Program-made: the position numbers and the translations under genes
Notes under the pieces: generated by a model
What the model saw: the letters and a program-made list of their open reading frames with translations, nothing else
What the model was told of the DNA's origin: nothing
The model's database searches: none
Source of the DNA: an uncultured Anaerolineales bacterium
GTDB lineage: Bacteria > Chloroflexota > Anaerolineae > UBA7937 > B3-Chlor
Direction: 5' to 3'
Assembly (NCBI GenBank): GCA_964433755.1
Contig: CAYSSR010000005.1
Span: 77,568 to 141,567 of the forward strand
DNA length: 64,000 nt
Shown: positions 9,979 to 18,850 of the stretch, one piece after another
Position numbering within the stretch: the first letter of the stretch is position 1
Layout: each line of letters starts with the position of its first letter

Positions 9979-10617
9979 ATGGATCCCAGCTATCTCCTGC
10001 GAGGAGTGGTCTATCTCCTGCGAGGACTGGTCCTCGGATTCTGTATCGCGGCCCCGGTAGGGCCCATTGGGATACTCTGCATCCGCCGGACGCTGGCCGA
10101 GGGACGCGTGTCCGGGCTTCTGTCAGGTCTGGGGGCGGCGACGGCGGACGGTATCTATGGGTCGATCGCGGCGTTTGGCCTGACCTACGTGTCTAGCCTG
10201 CTTCAGGGCCACCAGTCGTGGATCAAGCTGGTGGGTGGGCTCTTCCTGTGCTATCTGGGGTTGAAGACCTATCTCTCCAAGGTGGCCGATAACCCGGCCT
10301 TGGCCCAGGGACAGGGGCTCCTAGGGGCCTACGCCTCTACCTTCTTCCTGACTCTCACCAACCCCATGACCATTGTGATGTTCACGGGCGTCTTCGCCGG
10401 GCTGGGGATTGGAAGCGCCACGGGGGATTATGGATCCGCGTCCCTTCTGGTCTTGGGAGTGTTCAGCGGATCAGCGACGTGGTGGCTGGTTCTAACCGTC
10501 GGCGTTAGCCTGCTGAGATCGAAGTTCACTCCGCGCGCTTTGGGTTGGGTCAACAACGTGGCCGGGATCGTGATTCTGGGTTTTGGGGTCATCATGCTCC
10601 TGAGCCTGAGGAGCTGA
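9979..10617 (+). CDS. LysE/RhtB family amino-acid exporter
   Basis: About 210 aa with 6 hydrophobic segments and the N-terminal PGP-type motif APVGPIGILCI typical of LysE-type translocators. Confidence 0.75.
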   Translation: MDPSYLLRGVVYLLRGLVLGFCIAAPVGPIGILCIRRTLAEGRVSGLLSGLGAATADGIYGSIAAFGLTYVSSLLQGHQSWIKLVGGLFLCYLGLKTYLSKVADNPALAQGQGLLGAYASTFFLTLTNPMTIVMFTGVFAGLGIGSATGDYGSASLLVLGVFSGSATWWLVLTVGVSLLRSKFTPRALGWVNNVAGIVILGFGVIMLLSLRS

Positions 10618-10706
10618 GAGCACAAGCGCGCCTGGGCCAGCGTGACCTCTACCGCCTTTCTGTGGACCCGCTGCGCGCCGGTCCCACTTTGGCAGGACTC
10701 CTCTAC

Positions 10707-11801
10707 ATGTGTCGTCGTGACGTCGTCAAACGAATACCGGGCTGGGCAGCGACTGCATTGGTGGTCCTGGTGACCGGTGCGTGGACGTTCTGGGGTGTGG
10801 TGGAGATGTACTACGAGGGCTGGTGGGGCCCTTGGAGCCTCAGGTTGCCGTATCTGGTGCCGGCGGTTTGTTGTCTGGCGCTCTCCCTGGTGGCCGTGAT
10901 CTGGCCCCGTGTGGGGGGCTGGCTGCTGGCAGGGATCGGGACCGGCTTCACAGCCTGGTGGTGGACCATGAGCGCCCGGCGCGGACTCCTCACTGCCAGG
11001 ATCGTGGCGGGCACGTTCCCGGTGAGTGGTCTTCTGGTGGTGACGGGCGTACTGTTCCTGTGGGAGGGCAGGCGCCGGCTACGGTTGAAAGCGGCGGGAT
11101 GGGAGCCTTCCGGTAACTGGGCTCGGCGTTATGGAGGCCAACTGGCGGCGGTTGGGTTTCCGCTGCTGGTGGCTGTGGCCGTCTCTGGTTACTGGCTGCC
11201 CACAGTCCTCACTCGTGTGGACGACGGCGAGCGAGGCGCCAGGCTAATCGAGGGCCATGGAGTGACGCTGGTGTGGGCGCCCGCCGGTCCGGGCTGGTCG
11301 CGCGGACTCGACGTGGCGGCGGGAGACAGCCAGCCGGCACCGGGACCGTCGGTATCGTGGAATGACCTGGCCTGGTACGGTGTACCACCTGTGGGCTTTG
11401 GGGACAAACCAGGCTACGAGGATAGGTATGCCACGGCCGAGGAGATGCAAGCCACGGGCATGTGTCGCTACCTCAGTGGGGACGGGCAATCCCTGGCGGT
11501 CGAGCCTCAGGACGTGTGGCGTATGCCAACCGCCCAGGAGATCGTAGGCTCCCTGGTTCGCGTTGGTGTCCAGGCCGGCTGCACGTGGGATGGTGTGTCG
11601 GGTGGTGCTCGCTGCGAAGTCACCCCCGACAAGGAGACCCCCCTGTGGGTCCCTGGCTGGTCCCCCATCTACTACTGGTCGGCCGATGAGTACGACGAGC
11701 TAGAAGCGTACTACGTCAGCTACAATGGCTCCATTGTCAGCTACCAGGACAAGTCGTGGGGCAATCCGAGGCACGGATACCGCTGCGTGCGGGAGCCGTG
11801 A
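10707..11801 (+). CDS. Membrane protein with C-terminal DUF1566-like (Lcl C-terminal) domain
   Basis: First ATG of the ORF. Several TM helices are followed by a soluble domain with WRMPTAQEIV and IYYWSADEY patterns typical of DUF1566. Confidence 0.6.
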   Translation: MCRRDVVKRIPGWAATALVVLVTGAWTFWGVVEMYYEGWWGPWSLRLPYLVPAVCCLALSLVAVIWPRVGGWLLAGIGTGFTAWWWTMSARRGLLTARIVAGTFPVSGLLVVTGVLFLWEGRRRLRLKAAGWEPSGNWARRYGGQLAAVGFPLLVAVAVSGYWLPTVLTRVDDGERGARLIEGHGVTLVWAPAGPGWSRGLDVAAGDSQPAPGPSVSWNDLAWYGVPPVGFGDKPGYEDRYATAEEMQATGMCRYLSGDGQSLAVEPQDVWRMPTAQEIVGSLVRVGVQAGCTWDGVSGGARCEVTPDKETPLWVPGWSPIYYWSADEYDELEAYYVSYNGSIVSYQDKSWGNPRHGYRCVREP

Positions 11802-11882
11802 GAGCCGTCTCGCGGTGAGAATCAGGCTGTCTTTCTTCGGTGCACTCCCGTACAAGGCGCAGATGTGTGACAGGAGACGGTT

Positions 11883-12413
11883 TTGCCAGCACCCGTGATC
11901 ATCGTGGAGTATGATCCCCGGTGGCCCGCTCTACACGAGGAAGAGAGGGATCTGATATTGTCGGCGGTCGGGGAATGGATCGTGGCCATCGAGCACGTGG
12001 GAAGTACGGCGGTGCCCGGCCTGGGGGGCAAACGGATCATCGACATCATGCCGGCCGTCCAGTCCCTGGCGGACGTGGAGCACTGCATCGCACCCCTCGA
12101 GAACATCGGCTACGAGTACGTGCCCGAGTACAACGAGACCCTGCCGGAGAGGCGCTACTTCCACAAGGGTCCGCCGGAGGCCCGTATCTTTCACCTGCAC
12201 GTAGCGGAGCAAACCAGTGAGTTCTGGGAGCGCCATTTGCTGTTTCGTGACTTCCTGCGGACACACCCCGAAGAGGCGCAAGAGTACTATCTGTTGAAGA
12301 AGGAACTCGCCGAGAGATACGGCCGTGATCGGGACGGGTACACGGACGCCAAGACAGCTTTCATCGAGGGGATAGTGGCCAGAGCTAGACGGGGTCTGGA
12401 GCGAGGATCGTAG
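11883..12413 (+). CDS. GrpB family protein
   Basis: TTG start after AGGAGA. Contains the GrpB block IEHVGSTAVPGLGGKRIIDIM and an ERHLLFRDFLR motif. Confidence 0.8.
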   Translation: MPAPVIIVEYDPRWPALHEEERDLILSAVGEWIVAIEHVGSTAVPGLGGKRIIDIMPAVQSLADVEHCIAPLENIGYEYVPEYNETLPERRYFHKGPPEARIFHLHVAEQTSEFWERHLLFRDFLRTHPEEAQEYYLLKKELAERYGRDRDGYTDAKTAFIEGIVARARRGLERGS

Positions 12414-12467
12414 CCACGATTCGGCCTCGGAATCGGTTGCGCAGTGGTAAAGGAGAGTTGGGGTCGT

Positions 12468-13058
12468 ATGCAGGGTCCTATGGTGCAGAAACTGACCAAG
12501 AGGGTCAAGGGCGAAATGATCGAGGTGCTGGCTCGCGCCTTCGAGCAGCACCCTATGGTTGCTGAGTTGGGAGACGGCGGTGGGGACGCCGCAACACTGG
12601 TCAAGGCGTTGGTGGGTTTCTACTGGGGCAGAGAGAGCCTGCTTCTCTCCGGTATCCGGACGGACGATGGTTTGGCGTCCGTCCTGTTCTGCGTCGATCC
12701 CCGAGAGGATCCCTCGCCGCTGGCGCTGGTACGGGTGGCGTGGGACGTGATCAGGGCAGCGGGTCGGGGGGCGGTCGGTCAACTCCTGGACGTGGAGGGA
12801 CGGAAACCCACGTATCGGGAGCGTTGTCTGGAGTTGGTGATGCTGGGGACGTTGCCGGAGCACCAGCGGAAGGGGCTCGGCCGAGCTCTCCTCCACACGC
12901 TGTACGACGAAGCCGCGAGAGAGGCATACCATGGGATCTTGCTGGTGACCGACAGGGATACGCCAGCCTTCGGACTGTACCGTAACGAGGGCTTCGAAGT
13001 GGAGAATGAGTTTCGCGCGGGGGGGCAGAATCTGTGCTGGATGCGCCGCCAAGTGTGA
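12468..13058 (+). CDS. GNAT family N-acetyltransferase
   Basis: Acetyl-CoA binding motif A (HQRKGLGRALL) and a C-terminal YRNEGFEV. The start is uncertain (GTG 12444, ATG 12468 or ATG 12480). Confidence 0.75.
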   Translation: MQGPMVQKLTKRVKGEMIEVLARAFEQHPMVAELGDGGGDAATLVKALVGFYWGRESLLLSGIRTDDGLASVLFCVDPREDPSPLALVRVAWDVIRAAGRGAVGQLLDVEGRKPTYRERCLELVMLGTLPEHQRKGLGRALLHTLYDEAAREAYHGILLVTDRDTPAFGLYRNEGFEVENEFRAGGQNLCWMRRQV

Positions 13059-13114
13059 TCTCGAGCCACGCCTATGTATGAGCAGGGATAGGATCGGGCG
13101 TGAGGTGGTGAACG

Positions 13115-14203
13115 TTGGGGCAGGAAACCGTGGACGTGGTGGAGGTTGACGACAGGGAGCGATGGAACGAGGCCGTCGCGCGCCTGCCCAAAGCGCACGT
13201 GCTTCAGTCGTACGAATGGGGCGAGTTCAAGAGCCGCCACGGGTGGAGGCCGTTTCGCCTGCTGTTTGTGAGGCAGGGTGTGGAGGTGGCGGCGGTCTCT
13301 GTCCTCTTGCGCAGACTACCCCGAGGGCCATGGGCGGTGATGTACGCGCCCAAGGGGCCGTGTCTGGACTACCAGAGCCCTGACCTGCTGGCAATGGTGC
13401 TGGAGACGCTTGAGGATCTGTGCAGGGAGCAGAGGGCCATCTTTCTCAAGATGGACCCCGACGTGCCGGCGGATAGCAGCGACGTGACGAAGGTGCTCCA
13501 AGGACGAGGTTGGCGGGCCTCAGCGGAGCAGATCCAGTTCCGCAACACGATGCTCGTCGATCTGCGACCGCCGGAGGACGAACTGCTGGGCGCCATGAAG
13601 TCGAAGTGGAGATACAACGTGCGCCTGGCCCAAAGGCGAGGAGTGGAGGTCGTCCAGGGCGGGACGGACGATCTGCCGCTCTTCTACGAGATGTACGCCA
13701 CCACCAGCGCGCGCGACGAGTTCATCATCCGACCCTTCTCCTACTACGCCGATGCCTGGGGGACCTTCATGAGCCAGGGACGCGCACAGTTGCTCCTGGC
13801 GCGATACGAGGGAGAGGTTCTTGGCGGCCTGATTCTCTTCCACTTCGGCGACCGGGCCTGGTACATGTACGGCGCATCCACGGACCGGCACCGCAACCTT
13901 ATGCCCAATCACCTCTTGCAGTGGGAGGCTATGAGGTGGGCCAAGGCTCACGGCTGTACTGCCTACGACATGTGGGGTGCGCCTGACGTAATGGAGGAGA
14001 GCGACCCCATGTGGGGAGTGTACCGGTTCAAGGAGGGTTTCGGAGGAGAGTTCACGTCCTACGTCGGAGCGTACGACTACCCGGCCTCGAGACTCACCTA
14101 CTGGCTGTACACTGCCGTGATGCCGAGATTCCTGGACCTGCTGCGGTGGCGGCACCAACGACGGCATGACGGTGTACTGGCAGATAGTCCCGGCTACGGC
14201 TGA
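13115..14203 (+). CDS. FemAB-family peptidyltransferase (peptidoglycan interpeptide bridge formation)
   Basis: Blocks LQSYEWGEFK, KWRYNVRLAQRRG and YMYGAS....R...PNHLLQWEAMRWAK are characteristic of FemX/FemAB-like enzymes. Confidence 0.8.
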   Translation: MGQETVDVVEVDDRERWNEAVARLPKAHVLQSYEWGEFKSRHGWRPFRLLFVRQGVEVAAVSVLLRRLPRGPWAVMYAPKGPCLDYQSPDLLAMVLETLEDLCREQRAIFLKMDPDVPADSSDVTKVLQGRGWRASAEQIQFRNTMLVDLRPPEDELLGAMKSKWRYNVRLAQRRGVEVVQGGTDDLPLFYEMYATTSARDEFIIRPFSYYADAWGTFMSQGRAQLLLARYEGEVLGGLILFHFGDRAWYMYGASTDRHRNLMPNHLLQWEAMRWAKAHGCTAYDMWGAPDVMEESDPMWGVYRFKEGFGGEFTSYVGAYDYPASRLTYWLYTAVMPRFLDLLRWRHQRRHDGVLADSPGYG

Positions 14204-14333
14204 CGGGCCCAGGGCGGTTCGGATCTGTGTTTTACACAGCCTTTACGTGGTGGCAACGGCGGGCTTACGGTACTTGCCGATACTTGTGGTTGAGGCCGGA
14301 AGACGGCCACAAGGTACCGGGAGGTGAGAGGGG

Positions 14334-15503
14334 ATGAAACGCGGAATCAAGCTGCTGGCGGTCCTGGTCCTGGTCGGGGTGCTGCTTACCACGGCCGGAA
14401 CAGCCTGGGCGCAGGAATCGACAGAGCGTGGTGCCCTGCGCGGCCAGGTGGTCGCCGTCGAGGGGGACACCTTGCTGGTGAACACACTGTCCGGCGAAGA
14501 GCGGACAGTGATCGTGGGGGAGGGCACCCGGCTGCGCATTCCCGGCGTCCAAGAGCCCACCCTCGAAAACGTCGAAGTGGGCGATGGCGTGGGTGCCTGG
14601 GGGGAGATCAACGAGGACGGCGATTTGCTGGCGACAGCCGTGGTGATCGTGCCTGCCGAGATGGCGCAGCGCAGATTCTTGGTGTGGGGACGCGTAACGG
14701 CGATGGAGGGACAGACCCTCACCGTGGAGACGAGGCAAGGCGAGAGGATCGTGGTCACTGACGATTCCACGCACTTCAGGATCGCGGGGGTGGAAGATCC
14801 TGGGCTGGATGATGTGTCGGTGGGCGATACCATCATGGCTCTGGGAAGGCCAGACGAGGAGGGAAATCTGCTGGCGCGCGGCGTGGCTATCGTCACTCCA
14901 GGGCAGGTGCGGCGGCATACCATCAGAGGCGTGATAGCGGACATAGAAGGCAACACCATCGGTCTGCTCACTGGCCAGGGTGAGGTGAGGGTGGAAACCG
15001 ACCGGGAGACCACCTTTCGTATTCCTGGTGTGGAGGAACCGGGCCTCGACGATCTGGACGCTCGCGACCTGATCCTGGTGGTGGGAGCCTGGGAGGTCGA
15101 GGGAGAGGACTTCACCGCGCGAGCGGTGAGGCTGATACCGAGGTGGCCCTCGCACCTGCGCTTCCTGCGCGGGGAGGTCACGGGTATCGAGGGTCGTACC
15201 ATCGTTCTGAGCGCCTTGCAGGGAGAGGTGGCGGTGCTCACAGACGGTGACACGAGGTTCCGCATCCCCGGCGTGGAGGAGCCTGGACTGGACGATCTGA
15301 GGATCGGGGACAAGGTTGGGATCCTGGTCGCTGGAGACGAGGACGGAGGACTGCTGGCCAAGGTGGTGCTGGTCAGGAGGCCCGACGAGTCCCTAGCCGA
15401 GGCTATCGCCGCACCGGTCGAGGCGGCAGTAGCCTATCTGGACTCCTTTGTGCAGCAGGCGCGTGGCGTCCTGGGGAGTGACGAGGTGAGCGTCGCCTCA
15501 TAG
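14334..15503 (+). CDS. Secreted protein with five tandem beta-domain repeats (DUF5666-like, tentative)
   Basis: Signal peptide MKRGIKLLAVLVLVGVLLTTAGTAWA, then five repeats of a unit of about 70 aa with the pattern G.V.A.EG.T...T..GE..V..D..T.FRIPGVE(E/D)PGLDD...GD. Confidence 0.8.
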   Translation: MKRGIKLLAVLVLVGVLLTTAGTAWAQESTERGALRGQVVAVEGDTLLVNTLSGEERTVIVGEGTRLRIPGVQEPTLENVEVGDGVGAWGEINEDGDLLATAVVIVPAEMAQRRFLVWGRVTAMEGQTLTVETRQGERIVVTDDSTHFRIAGVEDPGLDDVSVGDTIMALGRPDEEGNLLARGVAIVTPGQVRRHTIRGVIADIEGNTIGLLTGQGEVRVETDRETTFRIPGVEEPGLDDLDARDLILVVGAWEVEGEDFTARAVRLIPRWPSHLRFLRGEVTGIEGRTIVLSALQGEVAVLTDGDTRFRIPGVEEPGLDDLRIGDKVGILVAGDEDGGLLAKVVLVRRPDESLAEAIAAPVEAAVAYLDSFVQQARGVLGSDEVSVAS

Positions 15504-15529
15504 GCGGAGCACGATCCGTCAAAAGCCAA

Positions 15530-15556
15530 GGGGCATGGGATGCTTTCCCATGCCCC
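15530..15556. terminator. Bidirectional hairpin terminator between convergent genes
   Basis: Stem of 11 bp ggggcatggga / tcccatgcccc with a 5 nt loop. T-rich on the plus side, and TTGGCTTTTG follows on the minus side. Confidence 0.7.
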
Positions 15557-15598
15557 TCTGTGTTCATCAAGGATCTCAGTGCGCCGACTTGCTACCTG

Positions 15599-16504
15599 CT
15601 ACTCCTTGTTGCGCCTCGGGCGCCAGCGCAGTGTCGCATAGCCGCCGAGTCCGGCCAGGCCTGTCCCCAGCAGGGCCACGCTGCCAGGCTCGGGGACGAA
15701 CTCCTCGGGCGCGGCGAGGCACACCTCCGCGAGGAGGTCGGGCACGTCCAGCTCCCCGTCTTCGATCAAGAGTCCTGCGGGCCACGCCGCCCGAGCCGCT
15801 CCACTCCATTCGTCGAAGTAGAGTTCCTCGGACATGATGATGATACCGGCGTTGAAACAATCACCAGGCGCGACGTCCAGCGCGGAGGTTTGGAGATCGA
15901 ACCGCACCTCGAAGTCGGTGGAACCCCATCCCAAAGCCCTCCTGTAGCCCGGAGGATCCAGCTGCCCGGGCCAACACCACGCATCCTCTGAGGCCCCCAC
16001 GAAGGCGTCGTAGTCGTAGTCACGCCCCGGGTAGTACCCGCTTGCAGATACGTAGCCACCTTCGTCCGGATTCTGGCTGCAGAGGTTGGCAGCCCAGCGA
16101 TTGTCACCAATGATGGGTTCGTCCTCGAAGATGAAGTAGAGCGCGGTGGCCCAGTAGTCGGGATCCCCAGCGGGGTCGCCCATGTCCAGGGAGACGGCCA
16201 GATAGAGATACCGGCTGTCGTTCATGAAACGAGCCCAGCCGCTCACTTGCTCGGCGCTGACTTGCTCATCCAACGTCAGGCCGGCAACTCCGTGCCCCAG
16301 GGGTGCAAAGTCGGAGTCGTACATGAGGGGGTGAAGCTTGACTCTCGTGGCGTCCGCCCATTCGCCGGACGCCAGCTTGCCATTGAGGTTTGGTGGGGAA
16401 TTGGTCCACCCCGACTGGACAGGGCCCTGAGAGAGCACGGTGCTGGGGATGGATAGCAGCGCCAGTAGGGCAACGCACAGCAAGACCTTGCTTGCTCCTC
16501 TCAT
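15599..16504 (-). CDS. PEP-CTERM sorting-domain protein with CBM9/DOMON-like N-terminal domain (paralog A)
   Basis: ATG at 16504 preceded by AGGAGG. Signal peptide MRGASKVLLCVALLALLSIPSTVLS. The C-terminus VPEPGSVALLGTGLAGLGGYATLRWRPRR is a PEP-CTERM motif, TM segment and basic tail. Confidence 0.85.
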   Translation of the reverse strand: MRGASKVLLCVALLALLSIPSTVLSQGPVQSGWTNSPPNLNGKLASGEWADATRVKLHPLMYDSDFAPLGHGVAGLTLDEQVSAEQVSGWARFMNDSRYLYLAVSLDMGDPAGDPDYWATALYFIFEDEPIIGDNRWAANLCSQNPDEGGYVSASGYYPGRDYDYDAFVGASEDAWCWPGQLDPPGYRRALGWGSTDFEVRFDLQTSALDVAPGDCFNAGIIIMSEELYFDEWSGAARAAWPAGLLIEDGELDVPDLLAEVCLAAPEEFVPEPGSVALLGTGLAGLGGYATLRWRPRRNKE

Positions 16505-16567
16505 CGCTCTTCCTCCTTGACTCGATCGAGCCTGCGCCGCGTGAGTGCCGTCGTTCCGTATGCACAT

Positions 16568-16596
16568 AGTATAGCAGAGTCGGCTGTGTTTGTCAA
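16568..16596 (-). promoter_or_regulatory. Sigma70-like promoter of PEP-CTERM paralog A
   Basis: On the minus strand: TTGACA, 17 nt spacer, TATACT, about 60 nt upstream of the ATG. Confidence 0.65.
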
Positions 16597-16701
16597 GGAC
16601 CGCAGTGGTTGTATACAGGTATTGCGCTATGGCCTGGCCCACTCGTGCCGCAGCCGGTTCACTGCGGAGGGTCCTCGCCGGAGGGTACGTTGGGGTCCAC
16701 A

Positions 16702-16728
16702 GGGGCATGAGATGTCCTCCCATGCCCC
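16702..16728. repeat. Copy of the GGGGCATG...CATGCCCC hairpin element
   Basis: The sequence ggggcatgaga tgtcc tcccatgcccc is nearly identical to the arms of the hairpin at 15530-15556. It lies downstream of the small minus-strand ORF 16774-17085. Confidence 0.55.
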
Positions 16729-16773
16729 TCGATGGTCAGCATTACCGTTGATCAGTGGGTAGTGCGCTACTGC

Positions 16774-17085
16774 TTACGGCTCCTCACTCTCGCGCGCTGC
16801 CGATCCGTCGTCTCTCTGTGTATCACCACGTGTGGCCGCATCCCCATGTGTTCGCTTGCGGCGCACGGGGTAGAGTCGCTCCATCATCGCCTTGGTTAAG
16901 GCCACGAGCACTGCGTGTGGGATGGTCAGATGCCATCGTTGGTCATGGTCATCTTTCCACTCGACGCGCACCGCCCCGCTCTGATGGTCGAACTCCAGCC
17001 TCGCCTGCGTCGCTCGGCCATCCTCCGAGTGGGCGACCAGCCCTGGCTCAAGTGCTTCCGTCAGTGACTGCTGCCATTCGCTCAT
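16774..17085 (-). CDS. Hypothetical small protein (103 aa)
   Basis: ATG preceded by GAGG, balanced composition in the first 70 aa, hairpin downstream. No recognisable motif. Weak call. Confidence 0.35.
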   Translation of the reverse strand: MSEWQQSLTEALEPGLVAHSEDGRATQARLEFDHQSGAVRVEWKDDHDQRWHLTIPHAVLVALTKAMMERLYPVRRKRTHGDAATRGDTQRDDGSAARESEEP

Positions 17086-17546
17086 CCACCAACCTCTGCC
17101 GGGGACAATTCCTCTTCTCTTCTGCTTCCTTCTTCACCGTCTCGACCGTGGCTCTGAGGTGCAGATGCCATTCCGGGTCGGTGCTGACTTGCGTACCCAG
17201 GATCAGGTCGGCTAGCTACCTATCCGGGATTGCAGCGTGCCTCTCGTGGCATCAGCTCACTTGCCAGGATGCGACGAGAGTGAGAAGCATCTCGGGACAA
17301 GTCCGCTGCTGATGCCTCGGGAAGCGCCAAGAGGGCCACACAGCAACACGATATCCAGTCTTCTCGTCGGTCTTCATCAAGGACTCGTCCGAGACTGTAC
17401 GGAAACTGCTGTCATTCCTCCTGTGCGAAGCATACCATGGTCACTTGTTGCTGTCGAGGTACGCGGCATGTGCACAGACACGGTGCGCAGCGGCGTCCCC
17501 CCACTGCGTCTCGGTCGCGCCGGAGCGGGTCAGACTGCAAAGCAAA

Positions 17547-17574
17547 GAGGCACGGGATAGTCCTCCCATGCCCC
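17547..17574. repeat. Degenerate copy of the hairpin element (terminator of PEP-CTERM paralog B)
   Basis: The sequence gaggcacggga tagtcc tcccatgcccc has two mismatches relative to the copy at 15530. Its flanks align with the flanks of the 15530 copy. Confidence 0.5.
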
Positions 17575-17609
17575 TCTGTTCTCATCAGGCGTGTCAGTGC
17601 GCAGACGCG

Positions 17610-18530
17610 CTATTCCTTCGGTCTCGAACGCCACCGTAGTGTTACGTAGCCGCCCAGACCGGCCAGGCCGGTGCCGAGCAGAGCCAACGTTGCCGGTTCG
17701 GGCACGAACTCTTCCTCACCGGCGAGGCATACCTCCTCCAGCACGTCCGGCAGGTCACCCTCTGTCGCTTCCAAGTCCTCTGGCCAGTAGCCAATCCCCA
17801 TACCGGTGAACTCCTCAGAGATGTGCAACTCGATGTTCCGGACCGCAGCGCCGCCGGAGAAACACTCCCCAGGGGCTACGTTCAAGGGAGAAACGTTCAG
17901 GCTGAGGCGGGCCTCGAGGGTCATGGGATCGTAGCCCAGGCTGCGTGTGTATCCAGGGGGATCGAACTGCGGATCGCACTGGCCCTCTTCCGAAATGGGC
18001 ACGAAGTAGTCGGAATCAACCTGGGGTGCCGCTCCCAGCCCACCGGCATGAAGATTAGTGCTCTGGGACCCCACTGCACCCTCGTCCGGGTTCTTGGCGC
18101 ACACATTGGCGGCCCAGCGGCCATCCCCAATCTCTGGCTCATCCTCGAACAGGAACCCGATTACGGTATGCCAGTAGTCGGGGTCACCGGGGGGCGCCCC
18201 GACGTCGAGCGTAAGAGCGAAGTAGAGGTAACTGGCATCGTTCATCAGGTACAGCCAGCCTGTCGTTTGGTGAGGCGAGACCTCCTCCAGGGACAGGTCT
18301 TCGATGTCCAGTATGCCTTCCAGGCCTGGAAGGTTACTAGTGGGTGTCTTCCCTACAGTGAGAGCCAGCTTGGTCGCGTCCGACCATTCGTGTGGGTCCA
18401 GCTTGCCGTTGAGGGTAGGTGGGGAGTCGGTCCAGCCCGACTCAACGCTACCTTGCGAGAGGGCGGTTGCGGGGACTGCAAGAAGCGCCAGTAGGCCGAC
18501 ACACAACAGTACGTTGCTCAGTCTTCTCAT
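17610..18530 (-). CDS. PEP-CTERM sorting-domain protein with CBM9/DOMON-like N-terminal domain (paralog B)
   Basis: ATG at 18530 preceded by AGGAGG. Signal peptide MRRLSNVLLCVGLLALLAVPATALS. The C-terminus is VPEPATLALLGTGLAGLGGYVTLRWRSRPKE. Collinear with paralog A. Confidence 0.85.
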   Translation of the reverse strand: MRRLSNVLLCVGLLALLAVPATALSQGSVESGWTDSPPTLNGKLDPHEWSDATKLALTVGKTPTSNLPGLEGILDIEDLSLEEVSPHQTTGWLYLMNDASYLYFALTLDVGAPPGDPDYWHTVIGFLFEDEPEIGDGRWAANVCAKNPDEGAVGSQSTNLHAGGLGAAPQVDSDYFVPISEEGQCDPQFDPPGYTRSLGYDPMTLEARLSLNVSPLNVAPGECFSGGAAVRNIELHISEEFTGMGIGYWPEDLEATEGDLPDVLEEVCLAGEEEFVPEPATLALLGTGLAGLGGYVTLRWRSRPKE

Positions 18531-18581
18531 CGCCGTTCCTCCTTGACTCGTTCGAGACTCTGCCGTGAGCGTTGTTGATCC

Positions 18582-18610
18582 AGTATACCCAAGTCTGGTT
18601 GGCTTGTCAA
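18582..18610 (-). promoter_or_regulatory. Sigma70-like promoter of PEP-CTERM paralog B
   Basis: On the minus strand: TTGACA, 17 nt spacer, TATACT, at the same relative position as for paralog A. Confidence 0.65.
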
Positions 18611-18703
18611 GCCACAGTGTCCTGTGCCTGGCTGTCTCGTCCAAGCGCGGGGCGCTCACTACTGCGGGTCTTGCGTGCCGTGCATCCTGATGCTGGGGAT
18701 GCT

Positions 18704-18731
18704 TTGCCCGACCGAAGGGGCATGTTATAAT
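18704..18731 (+). promoter_or_regulatory. Sigma70-like promoter upstream of the GT39-TPR gene
   Basis: TTGCCC, 16 nt spacer ending in TGT (extended -10), TATAAT. Confidence 0.55.
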
Positions 18732-18850
18732 ACCACGGACCCGAACGGCGAACGGCTCCGTGTTCAGTGGTGGCTGCGGTGCTTCCCGGGTAGCCTTCCA
18801 GGGCAATAGATCTCCTCGGTCACGGGGAGTTGCTGCGGCTAGGAGGTCGA

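Noticed and set aside
11931-13052. 373 aa minus-strand ORF
   Set aside because: It is antisense to the GrpB and GNAT genes, both of which have family motifs on the plus strand.
14243-15361. 372 aa minus-strand ORF
   Set aside because: It is antisense to the signal-peptide-bearing five-repeat gene. It is Ser/Pro/Thr/Arg-rich low-complexity sequence with no start context, a typical high-GC shadow ORF.
16755-17312. 185 aa plus-strand ORF between the PEP-CTERM paralogs
   Set aside because: The product is Arg/Ser/Pro/Cys-rich with no start context. The region looks decayed, and the minus-strand small ORF is marginally more credible.
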